A stretch of DNA of 63,528 nucleotides, counting the filler, from Octopus bimaculoides (taxonomy: Eukaryota), in NCBI RefSeq assembly GCF_001194135.2. It is 7 parts of 6 records of this genome, joined end to end, with 100 filler letters (N's around TTAATTAATTAA, not from the genome) between each part and the next. Parts side by side here need not be neighbours in the genome. Positions count along the whole stretch, not along the records: positions 19,165 to 44,753 come from NC_068981.1; 6 more parts are not named here. One strand, given 5' to 3'. A program made the position numbers and the translations under genes. Shown here in pieces: positions 25,122 through 37,158 of the stretch. How positions within the stretch are numbered: the stretch's first letter is position 1; the number at the start of each line of letters is the position of its first letter. The notes under the pieces were generated by a model. That model had not been told where the DNA came from. It saw only the letters and a list, made by a program, of their open reading frames with translations, and ran no database searches.

Positions 25122-26424
25122 AGCGGATTGTAAGATAACTTCGTTCGTTTCTTTCCAATATTTGAATTAACATGAAAAATATTTTTATCGTAAAGTTTTG
25201 TTTTGTTTTTGTTTTGTTTTGGGGGTTTTTTGGGGGGTTTTTTTTTGTAGTTCTGCTCTTCCTCTACAACTTTTTATCGTTCTTGAAATCTGAATATATT
25301 CTCTTCTTTTCAAATATGGAGTGTCGAGTCGTAAAAGAGTAACTTTTTTGTCACCTACTTCTCTTCGCTTTTAATAAAGGTTCCACACCTGCTAAAGACG
25401 CTCGAGACATTTGTGCTTCTGTGAGACGATGGCGCTATTACTGAATGAATTGCACAGAAATGGTTTTTCACGCTGCTTAAAGGAGAAACTCAACCACACA
25501 AACTCTCCTCATTCCAGACGACCTGCTCGGTTCAATAAGGATCGATTGAACGAGCTCATCCACGAAGATCTGCACCAATCCACAAGGGAGTTGGCCCAGC
25601 AGATGGGATGCTTTCTTGATACTGTCACCCGTCACCTTCACTCGATGGGTAAGCCTCAAAAATTCGCTGCGTGGATGCCACACACTCTGAGCGAAAGCGA
25701 CAAGTTCCAGCGCTCCTTTATCGCCACCACTTTTCTCGTTTGAAACATGGCTACTCGTGGATACAGAGATTTTTCTTTTTACCAGATCGTCATCGGCGAC
25801 GAAAGGTAATGTCTTTACATCATTACAAAACAGTGGAAAGAATGGTTGTGTCCCGACAAGCAAACAAAACGTCGAAGCAATCTAGAGCTGCATCCACACG
25901 AGATAACGATCTGCATTTGGTGAGATTGAGAAGGACTAATCCACTACGAAATGTTTCAAAACAATCACATAGTCAATGCAGAGCTTTATGTTCAGCATAT
26001 GTACTGACTCAACGAGGTAATTCACTGAAACGACCCGACAGGTTACTAGTCGTGTTTTTTGAACATGTCAACGATCACCCCAATGTCGCTAATTTCACCA
26101 AAAGTGCTATTCAAGAACTCGGTTAGAAAGTTCTACTGCACCCACGACATTCTCCTGATAAAACGCCTTTAGATTACCATCTTTATTGGTCGATCTCTCT
26201 CCAGCAATCTACGAGGAGTTTCGTTCAACACCAATGTGGAGCTGAAAATGTGGCTCCATAAATTCCTCGAGTCAAGACCGATGCTTTTTACTATCAAGCT
26301 TTGACAAACTAGTGGAACGTTGGCAAAAAGTCCTGAACAATGAAGGAGAATATGTTGCTGCATTGTTAAAGCTGTTGACGAAAAATAAGGAAAAAAAACA
26401 AACGAATTTAACTGACAACCCCTC
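25122..26424 (+). mobile_element. Full-length (~1.3 kb) dead mariner element with a transposase pseudogene
   Basis: ATG at 25316. Fragments HLLLFAFNKG, RRPARFNKDRLNELIHED..QSTRELA, AWMPHTLS (WVPHEL-like), IVIGDER, HPRHSPDKTPLDYHL (HPPYSPDLAPSDYHL-like) and NEGEY, with many stops and frameshifts. Degenerate TIRs at 25122-25145 and 26401-26424. Confidence 0.92.
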
Positions 26425-26614
26425 ATCTTATAGATTATTAATTTATACAATAAAATATAGTCCCCTTGCAGCCGATTTAACCAATCGGTTTCGACTGCGA
26501 GAATTTGGTAAAATTATATCGTCACTCATCAAAAATGCTTGTAGGAAAAATATGGTGCGGGGGTCTTTGCAACTGGCGGTCAGAAAGTATCACATTAAGG
26601 CTGTGAGCTGGCAG

Positions 26615-26832
26615 AAAGGTTAACACACCGGGCGAAGTACTTAGCGGTATTTCGTCTGCCGTTACGTTCTGAGTTCAAATTCCGCCGAGGTCGACTTTGC
26701 CTTTCATCCTTTCGGGGTCGATAAATTAAGTACCAGTTCCGCACTGGGGTCGATGTAATCGACTTAATACCTTTGTCTGTCCTTGTTTGTCCCCTCTATG
26801 TTTAGCCCCTTGTGGGCAGTAAAGAAATAAGA
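26615..26832 (+). mobile_element. SINE family B
   Basis: Same consensus as 12345-12585 on the + strand. Confidence 0.9.
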
Positions 26833-27544
26833 AAGTATCACATCTAATTTAAGGACGTCGTAAAAATTTAGAACGAAAAAATCGTGGGAGAAAACGGCAC
26901 AAAATTTTTTATTAGATGTGCCTCGACTTGGGATCAGATTAGAAAGGGCCACTACAGTGTATAAGCAAATGCCTGTAGAGTGGGGCTGGGGTGTGGTAAG
27001 GATAGGGTAAAATTAATTATGGGGGAAAGAGAGGGAGGATTAACTTAAATATTATGTGTGGTCGTGTAGACGCGTACATATGCGCGTGCGTACGTGTGGC
27101 TGTGTGCGTTTACATGCAATAAAGTTAGCTGTCGCAAACATTTTGTCAAAACCTCAGATTGCGGTGAAGGAGAAATACCGTTGGTGGAAGTTCTGACGTT
27201 TATATTCACGATGTGGTCCGCAAGTATCATAGAACATAACTGCGCTCATAAGGACAGGATCGGAAAATTTCACTTTTACTATTCAGGTAGATGTCCAGGC
27301 CCTATGACAAACTAGCCACGTATACCATTCTATCATGAGTGTTCTAAGTTTCATCATCAGCCACGATACCATTGTATTGTAACACAATTTTGGCCATGAT
27401 TTCCATAGAACGCTCGTTGTTCATCCTTTCGTGAGTTGGTTCGTTAAAAACCAGTTATGACGAAAAAATTATTTTTTAAATTTATCTACATATGAGAGTA
27501 ATTTATTTTTCTTTTGACCTATCTGTCGCAACTGAGGTAGGTTT

Positions 27545-27815
27545 GCTATGCGGCAAACAAGGAATACACTCGCTTGCCTAAAACTCTTTCTACGGTCAGC
27601 TTAGTACCAGACACCAAGGCCGCCCACTGCTCCATTGTAGCAACACTCTAAAGAACTGTTTGAAAACTTACAAGATAAGCCTGAGGGTGTGGGAATCGGA
27701 AGCACTGAAGCTCAGTGGAGAAGTTCTTTCTATCAAACCATCTCCGTCTTTGAAGCAACCAGGATCAACACCCGGAGGAAGAAAAGAGGCCAGCATTGGG
27801 CCTGACTGCTGGAAC
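27545..27815 (+). mobile_element. RTE LINE ORF C-terminal fragment, frameshifted
   Basis: Translates across frames as RLPK/LFYGQLSTRHQGRPLL..NTLKNCLK...WESEA/QWRSSFYQTISVFEATRINTRRKKR. Confidence 0.75.
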
Positions 27816-28224
27816 TGAAACTAACACGGCAGGTTGAAAGGCAGGTTTAGAGAGAGTGCGGGTTAAAACCACGCGCCCTGCCCCTCCATTGGTCAGTTGA
27901 AGCTTAGACAGTGTCACGTGGCAGTTAGCTGGTGCTGGTTGCTGGAGCCTGCCGGCGAGTATTTAAAGGGAAGTTTGGTAGGATGGTCATTCGCCCGCTG
28001 ACATTTGTTGACACTGCATCGAAGAAACCAAAGAACAAAAGAAAAAAGGAGAAAGAAAAAAACACACTCAACATCAGAGCTGAAGACACCTCCGAAAGGG
28101 GTGGGGGCCGCCACGTTGAAAACGGTAGAGGAGTAGGGGCCGAAACCGGACGTGGCTCCTCCTGATGATGTCTTTAGCTACTGTATCCTATAAAGGAGCT
28201 GTTGAGGTAGAAAACCACGAAGCG

Positions 28225-28435
28225 TGGTTGGAATTCCCCACTATTGCAATGTCTTGCAACGGATCTCCAATTTCCGGATAGGTCTGTATTCCCACATGAG
28301 ACGACACGGCAAAACATCGAACTTAGAACACAAGCAGCAACAATGTCCTGTAGAACCTTCACTCGACAAGAGAGTTCAACACTTGTCCATTACAGATCAA
28401 CTGAATTCACTTGAGACTCCCAGACGACTAATTAA
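28225..28435 (+). mobile_element. RTE LINE 3' end (zinc-finger-like C..RIGLYSHMRRH motif and tail)
   Basis: ORF 28224: PHYCNVLQRISNFRIGLYSHMRRH; probably the continuation of 27545-27815. Confidence 0.7.
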
Positions 28436-29421
28436 CTCGTTAACTTTGTTGCCGAATTCTAATTTCCTTCCTCATTACTGGCTGCTGATATATTCACATA
28501 GTGTTGTTCGAAAGTAACGAAATCCAAACATTGCTTATCTCTAAACGAATTAATTTTGCCTGCAATGATTTACCATAACTTAAGGAGGCAACAACTGTAT
28601 GGAAGTCACTTCTAATTATCTCAAATCAGCTTTTTTGGAAACCAAACATCCTTGAAATATGAAGTTCGGCTTGTAAGAATCTTGGCCTGTTTCCATTCTT
28701 GCCGAGAATATAAATTTAGCATTTTCTAAACATTCACTTCTGCCTTCAGTTGATCACTAATGAAGCTAACTAGCTTTGAACGAACCAACGAGGGACTTTC
28801 TATGCGGTCTCTCAAACTGTTAGAAATAGCAGTTAAATCTCCCTCAAATCACATTATAATGTCTTGGATAATACGGCCCTAAGTCGATACGATATCCCTG
28901 GGAGAACGATGGGATCTTGATTTCGTCAATTGACTGCGGCCATGCTGGGGTACCATCTTGAAGGATTTTCGTCGAACAGATCGACCCCCAGAACTTATTT
29001 CTTAAGTCTTGCACTTATTCTATCGGTCTCTTTAGCCGAACCACTAGGCTACGGGGACGAAAACAAACCAGCACCGGTAGTCAAGTTTTGGATTGGGTAC
29101 AAACACAACACAAAGATACACACACGCACGCACACATACACATAATATGTATATATGACAGGCTTCCTCGCAGTTTCCTCTACCAAATTCACTCACAAGG
29201 CATTAATCGATTCGGAGCTAGGGTAGAAAACACTTGCTCAAAGTACCATGCAGTGGGACTGAACCTGAAACCACGTGACTGCAAAGCGAGCATCTGAGAC
29301 ACACAGTCATGCATGCTTATGATGGTCATAACTGGAACGTCTGATCATTGGGGAATTCCCGTTCATAGCCGATTTGGCGATTAAATAACAACAAAATTTG
29401 AAATATTTCATCTGTTTAAAT

Positions 29422-29731
29422 CAGTGGTACCCAAAGTGGGCGGTATTGCCCCCCTGGGGGCGGTGGAAAGTTCCAAGGGGGCATTGAAGAAAAGTGGGGT
29501 GATAATGGGGTAGCGATTCATGGGAAAAGTGGGACGATAATGGGGTAGCGATTTATGTAAAAACAAGAAAATAATGGGTTCATTAGGTTAAGATTTATTT
29601 GTGAAATACAGTTGCTTTGAATTTGTTTCAGAAAGAGGTCTGTGTTTGTGATGGTTAGTTGGGGTGGGGTGCTAGGAATGTGGCCTGTGTGTCAAGGGGG
29701 CAGCAGCCCAAAAAAAGTTTAGGAGCCACTG
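29422..29731. mobile_element. hAT (Charlie-like) MITE
   Basis: Termini CAGTGGTACCCAAA / TTTAGGAGCCACTG; perfect 8-bp TSD GTTTAAAT (29414-29421, 29732-29739). Confidence 0.88.
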
Positions 29732-30019
29732 GTTTAAATACTCAGCCTCTTCTTAGACTTTGGTCCTAAAATTCATTTCATACACTTAATTAATACCTTA
29801 ATTACTGGTAATTAACGTATCCAACTAATGATCATGTCTTAAAAGGTTACACCATCAACATTATCTTGGGATTTCACATGCCTAGTACAACAATGGATCC
29901 CTAACTTTGACAGCATAACTTTCCCTTTCTCCTCCTACCCCTCTGTTTCTCCTACACCTCTTCCTCTTCGTCATCTTCGTCCTTCTCTTTCTTCTTCTTC
30001 TTATCATCATCATCATCAT

Positions 30020-30750
30020 AATTATTATATCCCCTTCGGCTGACAGAATTGTTACCGCACTGGGCAAAACGCTTGGCGGAATTTCTGCTGACTCTTTACG
30101 TTCTGAGTTCAAATGCCGTCGAGAACTATTTTACCTTTCATCTTTTTCGGTTCGATAAAATAAGTACCAGTTACGCACTAGATTCGATGTAATCGACTAG
30201 CTCCCTTTCCCTAAAATGTTCAAGGCCTTGTGCCTATAGTAGAAAGGACCACTACTACGACTACTACTAAGGCGGTGAGCTGGCAGAGCCGTTCGCATGC
30301 CGGTCGAAATGCTTAGCGGTATTTCGTCCGTCTCTACACGTTCTGAGTTCAAAATCCGCCGAGGTCGACTTTGCCTTTCGTCCTTTCGGGGTCAATAAAT
30401 TAAGTACCAGTGAAACAATGAGATCCCACCAAATTTGAGGCCTTGTACTTCCAGTAGAAAGGATTGTCACTGCACTGTCCCCATCATCCTTCGCCCTTGT
30501 AGCAAATAAATGAAAACATTATTATTATTACTACAACTACTACTACTACTACTACTACTAAGACGGTGAGCTGGCAGATTCGTTAGCGCGCTGAACAAAA
30601 TGCTTAGTGTCATTTCGTTCGTGATTCCGTCCGGAGTTCCAATTCCGTTGATGTCGACTTTGCCTTTCATCCTTTCGGGATCGATAAAATAAACACCAGC
30701 TACGAGTAACATCTCCACCAAAATTTCAGGCCTTGTGCCTATAGTAGAAA
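30020..30750 (+). mobile_element. Three tandem SINE family B copies (variant tail AGGCCTTGTGCCTATAGTAGAAAG) separated by (CTA)n
   Basis: Heads at about 30035, 30268 and 30560. Confidence 0.85.
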
Positions 30751-31689
30751 GAATCCAGCTAGCATTCAGTAATAGCGCACGCGAACCGTCTGTCCTTGAA
30801 AAAGCATGTCAGCAACGTATTCACACCCTTTCCTGCAGTTCTCTTACACTTATCTAAGATTAATTCTATCACTTGAACTCTTTATTCTGGTAATTAATTT
30901 GATTGATTTGTTTCTGTAAACTTTCGTAATTTGCTGGAAAAAAAAAGTTTCTATGACAAATGAGACTGTTAAAGAGAAGGTGGATATATGATTATTAGAT
31001 AAAGATTTATTTGTCTCTGCCTACAACGTCCGTTTTGTAATGACCAGTTTATATAACTTAAACACTACATAAATGAGATATGAGTTTATTTAACCCAGTC
31101 CCGTACAATCAATTTTTATTTCTATTTCTTCAGTTTAAATTTAAAACAATTTAAGAATATATCTCCTGCAATTTACATCTTTAAAATGTTCCTCTAACCT
31201 CACTATTAGGAGACAGTTGGTCTAACAGTTATATTCACTACCACGACAACTGCAATAGATGGAATACACACATTTCTTCCGATGGAGAGATTGTTGAGGA
31301 GGGTCGCCGTGGATAGACAGAAAACTCAGACATGGCTGATTATTTGTAAAGGGCAAAGGACAGTCATCAACTATTGTGGAACAAAGTCAAGGTAACAGAC
31401 TGGAACAAAACCCTGGAAGACAACTAAAAGAATCGGTGAATATGCTGGGCTTTGATAACGTCTTTAGTAGACCCAGCAAAGAGAGGAACACCACACGGAA
31501 GCCATTAATCAGCAAACATAAAAAGTTACATTTAAAACTCCTAATATCCATAATTTTAATATATTACGGAACAACAGAATTAGTGAAATATAGGTATTAA
31601 GTATTGAAAGTGTAATAGTGGACGTGAGGACATACTTGGTAACTTAATTATTTAACTAAACTGCTCCAATTAAACAACTCCAATGCATA

Positions 31690-32190
31690 TACTCTCGATA
31701 TGTTTTCCCTGTGAATCTACCTTCAGCTTTGATGACTGCTTGAATGCGAAACCGGAATCGTTGGCATACTTGCACTAAATTGTCATAATTCATTTCGGAC
31801 ATCATCTGAGCAATGCTGGCCTTCAGTGAAGCTGTGGCGGCCACACGTTTGATGATACGTGATCATAAGGATTGTCTGATATCTGTTCTTGGATTTCGTG
31901 GGCTTTGTGAGGTATTGAGTCTTGTTGAAACACACATGACCTTTCATTGCGTACTTCATCCATCCGGTGCTTAAGAACTGTCTCTAGTTTAACGTATCCA
32001 GCAGCATTAGTTCTAAAACCCCATCTAAACATGTGAAGTGGTATAATTTTACCTTTGTTAAAACCATTATAGTCGCAAGTAATGTGCCTCACCCTGGGAA
32101 CATCAGACTGATCGGTACATTTCTGTCATTTTTCTTGTTAGTCTTTTGGACTTCGTCGTATTTCTTCTCGTCAGAGGACCAATGTATGCC
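31690..32190 (-). mobile_element. Tc1/mariner (DD37D maT-like) transposase fragment
   Basis: WSSDEKK...KKNDR, VFQQDSIPHKAHEIQ...WPP, LKASIAQ...VCQRFRFRIQAVIKAEG. Confidence 0.85.
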
Positions 32191-32289
32191 ATGTTCTTAA
32201 GGGAGTTTGTAGAAGAAATAATACCAGTAGAGACCAATGACATCGCTAAGCTGAAGATAATAGAGTCTCATAGTAAGAATTTATCTATT

Positions 32290-32490
32290 GAAAACCTGCT
32301 GGAATTCGCACAGCAACGCATCTAGAATGAACCAGAAGACCTTATTGCAGAACCAGCAACGCCATAAATAATTCTAACTACTAAATTCCTAGGAAAAAAG
32401 CATCACGAAGAAGTCAAAAATCATGAACCAGTTTACTGAGAATGACTCTGATTTGGAGCGCAGCTGCCAGGCGAAGAGAAGTGTTCTGCT
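32290..32490 (+). mobile_element. pogo/Tigger-like transposase C-terminal remnant
   Basis: ILTTKFL...MNQFTENDSDLERSCQAKR resembles the Tigger motif FEENDPNFERSSKV. Confidence 0.5.
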
Positions 32491-33997
32491 GTGAATTGTA
32501 TCGTGACAGAAAACTCAAGAAAACGCAGACAACATCAGATGCTTACCTCGAAAATCAGCCAATGAGTGAGGAAGACCCTCAACCTTAATCCTCATTCCAG
32601 ATATAATCCATTCTGGTTCATTTCTCACATATGCTTTTCAACTGAATTAATGGTGATTAGGTCTGTGTTTTCATGATTAGTGAATTTTTAATCTGCCGAG
32701 CGGCTATTCGCAACATCAGTAAATATTTTATTCACTTTTTCCTATATCAGAGACGAATACTCTTCAGAGCATGTGACTGCCTGTGAGTATGCGCCATTAA
32801 AGAGACCCAAAAAGGTTGAAATGCATCTGGCAATCTCGCTGACCACTGCAGGGATGAATTTTCGTGTGTCTGATATCTATTGAGTTTTTAACATAGCAAG
32901 TCTATATGACATGTTATATCAGTACAAATACGGCAGTGACTAGTCTAACAACAGTGTGTGTGCATTTAGTATGATACATAGAAGGCTGTCTAACTATTTT
33001 TCATAATTATTTATCAGTATACTCATTACTCTTTTATTTGTTTCAGTCATTTGACTGCGTCTATGCTGGAGCACCGACTTTAGTCGAACAAATCGACCCC
33101 AGGACTTATTTTTAGTAAGCCTAGTACTTATTCTTTTTTTCACGTTTGCCGAACCGGTAGGTTACGGGGACGCAAACACATCAACATCAGTTGTCAAGCG
33201 ATGGAGGGGGGGACAAACACAGACACACAAACATACATACGACNNNNNNNNNNCTTTTGTAATCTTATAAGTTTAAATCATACTACGTATGATTTAATAC
33301 GTGACAGAAAACTCAAGAAACGCAGACGACATTGTGTGATATTATCTAAAATTAGCAAATGCATGAAGGGTCACAGACTGTGTTGTTCTATCACTTTCAT
33401 CTATATTTGAATCAGTATCAAGCTCGTCTAAAATGTTGGAATTGTTAAAGAGCTCGTCGAGGTGACATGTGTTATCTCTCCCAAATGTTTACGTTTCGAG
33501 TTCAAATCCCGCCTAGGCGGCGGCGGTGGTGACATGCTTTACACAAATGAAGCAGACGGATTTTTAAATGTGCTGCTTTATTTTGCCATCGTAATTTTTT
33601 TCTTTCCAGTATTAAGTCACTTAACATTTTTAGGGAACTCTCAAATGAGACATAACTAATGAAATATTAAATCGAAACAGGTTACAGGTGGTTAGAGCTA
33701 ATCACTTGACCTCTGTTGGACAGCATGGACAGGTGGGCCTGTACCTAGCACAGAGACAAGCTGTCAACAGCAGCAGCCTGTGGCTTTCATCCAGCGAATT
33801 GACGACTGAAAAGACTGTCTGTGTGTGTGTATTTACGCGCGCGCATCTTCTTGCTTTTGTACACATCTCTGAATAGTAAACGGTCTCGAGTTCTATTTCT
33901 AAAAATCCATGATTTTATAAGGATATTTTGTTACCTTGCGTTCCACACACTAACTAGCTTAATAAAAATATTTTTAAAATTATCTTATGGTTGGAAG

Positions 33998-34090
33998 AAA
34001 TTTAACATGATCCTAGAATGTTATTTTTATTAAATCCTTCCAAATTTAACATGATCCTAGAAATGTTATTTTTATTAAACCCTTCCAAAT
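33998..34090 (+). repeat. Short tandem duplication (~45 bp x2)
   Basis: AAATTTAACATGATCCTAGAA.TGTTATTTTTATTAAA.CCTTCC occurs twice. Confidence 0.9.
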
Positions 34091-35573
34091 TCCAGGATAT
34101 TTTCAAAATTGACAGAAATACAGAGGCAATATATTTCATTAGCAAGATCTCAAGTACAGTTTGTATTAGAAAAGGAATTTTATCGAAGGGAGATAATAAG
34201 CTGCTCGAATCGATTATTCCCCTTGCTTGGTCAATAGTTAGTTCTTCCAGAGATCGAAAGCACAGTCGGGTTTCTAACCCAACCATTTCCTTTACTTACT
34301 CATATGATTTCTTCAGAAACTGCAAAAAAGCCACAACATAGTAAAATATTGCACTGTACAGAAAAAAAAAAATCAATAATGTGTTTCTTTTATATCTGAA
34401 AAATGTAAATTATTTTCTGACTAGCAGAATCGTTAGTGACGGGCACAATGCTTTATGGAATGGATTCAGTTACGGTCCTCTACGAACTAAGTTCAAATCT
34501 CGGCGAGAGCCACTTTGCCTTTCGTCTTTCAGGAGGTCATTTAAAATATAATGCCCGTCAAGTACTGGAACGAGTCAATATTTTGATAAAGCATCAGCCT
34601 GAAAGCCTGGTTAGAAAGAAGTTTCTTAACCACACGACCATGATGTTTAATAACAAAAGTCTGTTCATAGCGTATCGCCTCTCATTTACAGTGAGCCATA
34701 AATGTATTGCTATACTTAAAATGTTGGGAAGTACTTGCTTAAGCACTGCAAATATTCACGAGGGAAAGAAAACGTAAAACAAATAAAACTGATAAACAAA
34801 ATGTTGTTTAGGTAATTAATTTTATTTTAAAATGATAAAGAGAAACATTTCTAGAATGTTCTGCGAAGTACAGCTGTACAGTTGCTCAACTCAATCAAAA
34901 GAAGACAGCTATTTGGTTGTTAAAATCCCACAAATTTATGCATGATTGTGCCACAAATTAACAGTCTATTTACAAAGATAGTTACAAGTCAAAATAACAG
35001 GTTTCTTTAATTTTAAACACCCATTTAGAGCATTTTATACACAAGTGTGAGCACGCACACACACACACACACACAGAGGCATGCATAAACATGTGAACAT
35101 GCATATATGTAAACATACACAAGTAAGCATACATATGTAAACACACACACGTGTGAACAATATACATATATGCATACACATGCCTGTATAAACACACATA
35201 ACAAATGAATCCAGTTAACATGATTGAATGTTTGGAAGGATATAAATACTTTCAATGTTTGGAAAGAAATATTAAAATCTTACCCGCCGTTCTATTTTGT
35301 TTTCAGACCTTCTGGTACAACATGACAAAATTCTATCAGTAAATGCATTCTATTGAATTTTGTCTTTCCCTCCCATTCAAACAAAAGAAAAATCCACATC
35401 TGTAAAAAGTCCCACTCAAGCAAGCATGAAAAATGGATTAAAGAAATCCAGCTAACAAAATCCATACTTATAGAGCTACAGAAATCTCATCTTACTGACA
35501 AGACCCCTGCATGAATAATCATAAATAGAACACGAGACAACCACTGAAGAATTCTCCCTTTTCAAATTTGTGA

Positions 35574-35605
<32 letters not shown>

Positions 35606-36384
35606 NNNNNNNNNNNNNNNNNNNNNNNNNNNNNNNNNNNNNNNNNNNNNNNNNNNNNNNNNNNNNNNNNNNNNNNNNNNNNNNNNNNNNNNNNNNNNNN
35701 NNNNNNNNNNNNNNNNNNNNNNNNNNNNNNNNNNNNNNNNNNNNNNNNNNNNNNNNNNNNNNNNNNNNNNNNNNNNNNNNNNNNNNNNNNNNNNNNNNNN
35801 NNNNNNNNNNNNNNNNNNNNNNNNNNNNNNNNNNNNNNNNNNNNNNNNNNNNNNNNNNNNNNNNNNNNNNNNNNNNNNNNNNNNNNNNNNNNNNNNNNNN
35901 NNNNNNNNNNNNNNNNNNNNNNNNNNNNNNNNNNNNNNNNNNNNNNNNNNNNNNNNNNNNNNNNNNNNNNNNNNNNNNNNNNNNNNNNNNNNNNNNNNNN
36001 NNNNNNNNNNNNNNNNNNNNNNNNNNNNNNNNNNNNNNNNNNNNNNNNNNNNNNNNNNNNNNNNNNNNNNNNNNNNNNNNNNNNNNNNNNNNNNNNNNNN
36101 NNNNNNNNNNNNNNNNNNNNNNNNNNNNNNNNNNNNNNNNNNNNNNNNNNNNNNNNNNNNNNNNNNNNNNNNNNNNNNNNNNNNNNNNNNNNNNNNNNNN
36201 NNNNNNNNNNNNNNNNNNNNNNNNNNNNNNNNNNNNNNNNNNNNNNNNNNNNNNNNNNNNNNNNNNNNNNNNNNNNNNNNNNNNNNNNNNNNNNNNNNNN
36301 NNNNNNNNNNNNNNNNNNNNNNNNNNNNNNNNNNNAGCATTACCTGACACCCTTGGGCCTTATTGACACCATTACCTCTCATAA

Positions 36385-36444
<60 letters not shown>

Positions 36445-36783
36445 AATGTGGTTACGTGGTTGACAAGCTTACTTCCCAACCAGTTGGTCTCAGGTTCAGT
36501 CACACGGCACTGCACCTTGGGCAAATATTTACTACTCTAGCCTTGTGCTGACCAAAGCCTTGCAAGTGGATTTGGTTGATGGAAACTGAAAGTTTGACAG
36601 TGTTGTGTGGTCTGAAAGTAATAAAATCACTGCCTAACAGTGGCAGTTCATGTATAGGCACTGCGGAATGCAGTACCCCCTATTTCTATTCAATATTATC
36701 AATAACACAGTTCTATATTTAAGAGATGAGGAATTATGTACATTATTTACATTTGACGGATATTTGTCGTCATCGTTGCTGTT

Positions 36784-36829
36784 AACACAACGTTTCGGCT
36801 GATATACCCTCCAGCCTTCATCAGGTGTC
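36784..36829 (-). ncRNA. Minimal type I hammerhead ribozyme motif (Penelope-like element type)
   Basis: The - strand reads GACAC-CUGAUGA-A-GGCUG-GAGGGUAUAU-CAGCC-GAAAC-GUU-GUGUU: catalytic core, 5-bp stem II, 5-bp stem I (GACAC/GUGUU) and palindromic AACGUU in place of stem III. Confidence 0.75.
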
Positions 36830-37034
36830 TTGGGGAAATTTCGAATCGGGGTTCTCATTCCTAAGGCATTTTTCGATATTATTACTATTCAGGTCACTGC
36901 TTGGAATCAAACTCAGAATCTTGGGGTTAGTAGCCTGCGCTCTTAACCACTATGCCCATGGGCATATGGCATAGTGGTTAAGAGCACGGGCTACTAACCT
37001 CAAAATTCCAAGTTTGATTCCAGACAGTGACCAG

Positions 37035-37066
<32 letters not shown>

Positions 37067-37115
37067 CATCGAAAAATACCTTAGGAATGAGAACCCTGGT
37101 TCGAAATTTCCCCAA

Positions 37116-37158
37116 GACGCCTGATGAAGGCTGGTGGGTATATCAGCTGAAACGTGTT
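37116..37158 (+). ncRNA. Degenerate second hammerhead copy, lacking the GUU cleavage triplet
   Basis: GACGC-CTGATGA-A-GGCTG-GTGGGTATAT-CAGCT-GAAAC-GTGTT; inverted paralogue of 36784-36829 with a 3-nt deletion. Confidence 0.6.

Noticed and set aside
35308-35339. Micro-exon candidate DLLVQHDKILS (similar ones near 38113 and 61111)
   Set aside because: Too short to distinguish from chance splice-like motifs without RNA data.
36968-37030. tRNA gene calls for SINE heads
   Set aside because: A/B boxes only; no complete cloverleaf and embedded in repeat bodies.
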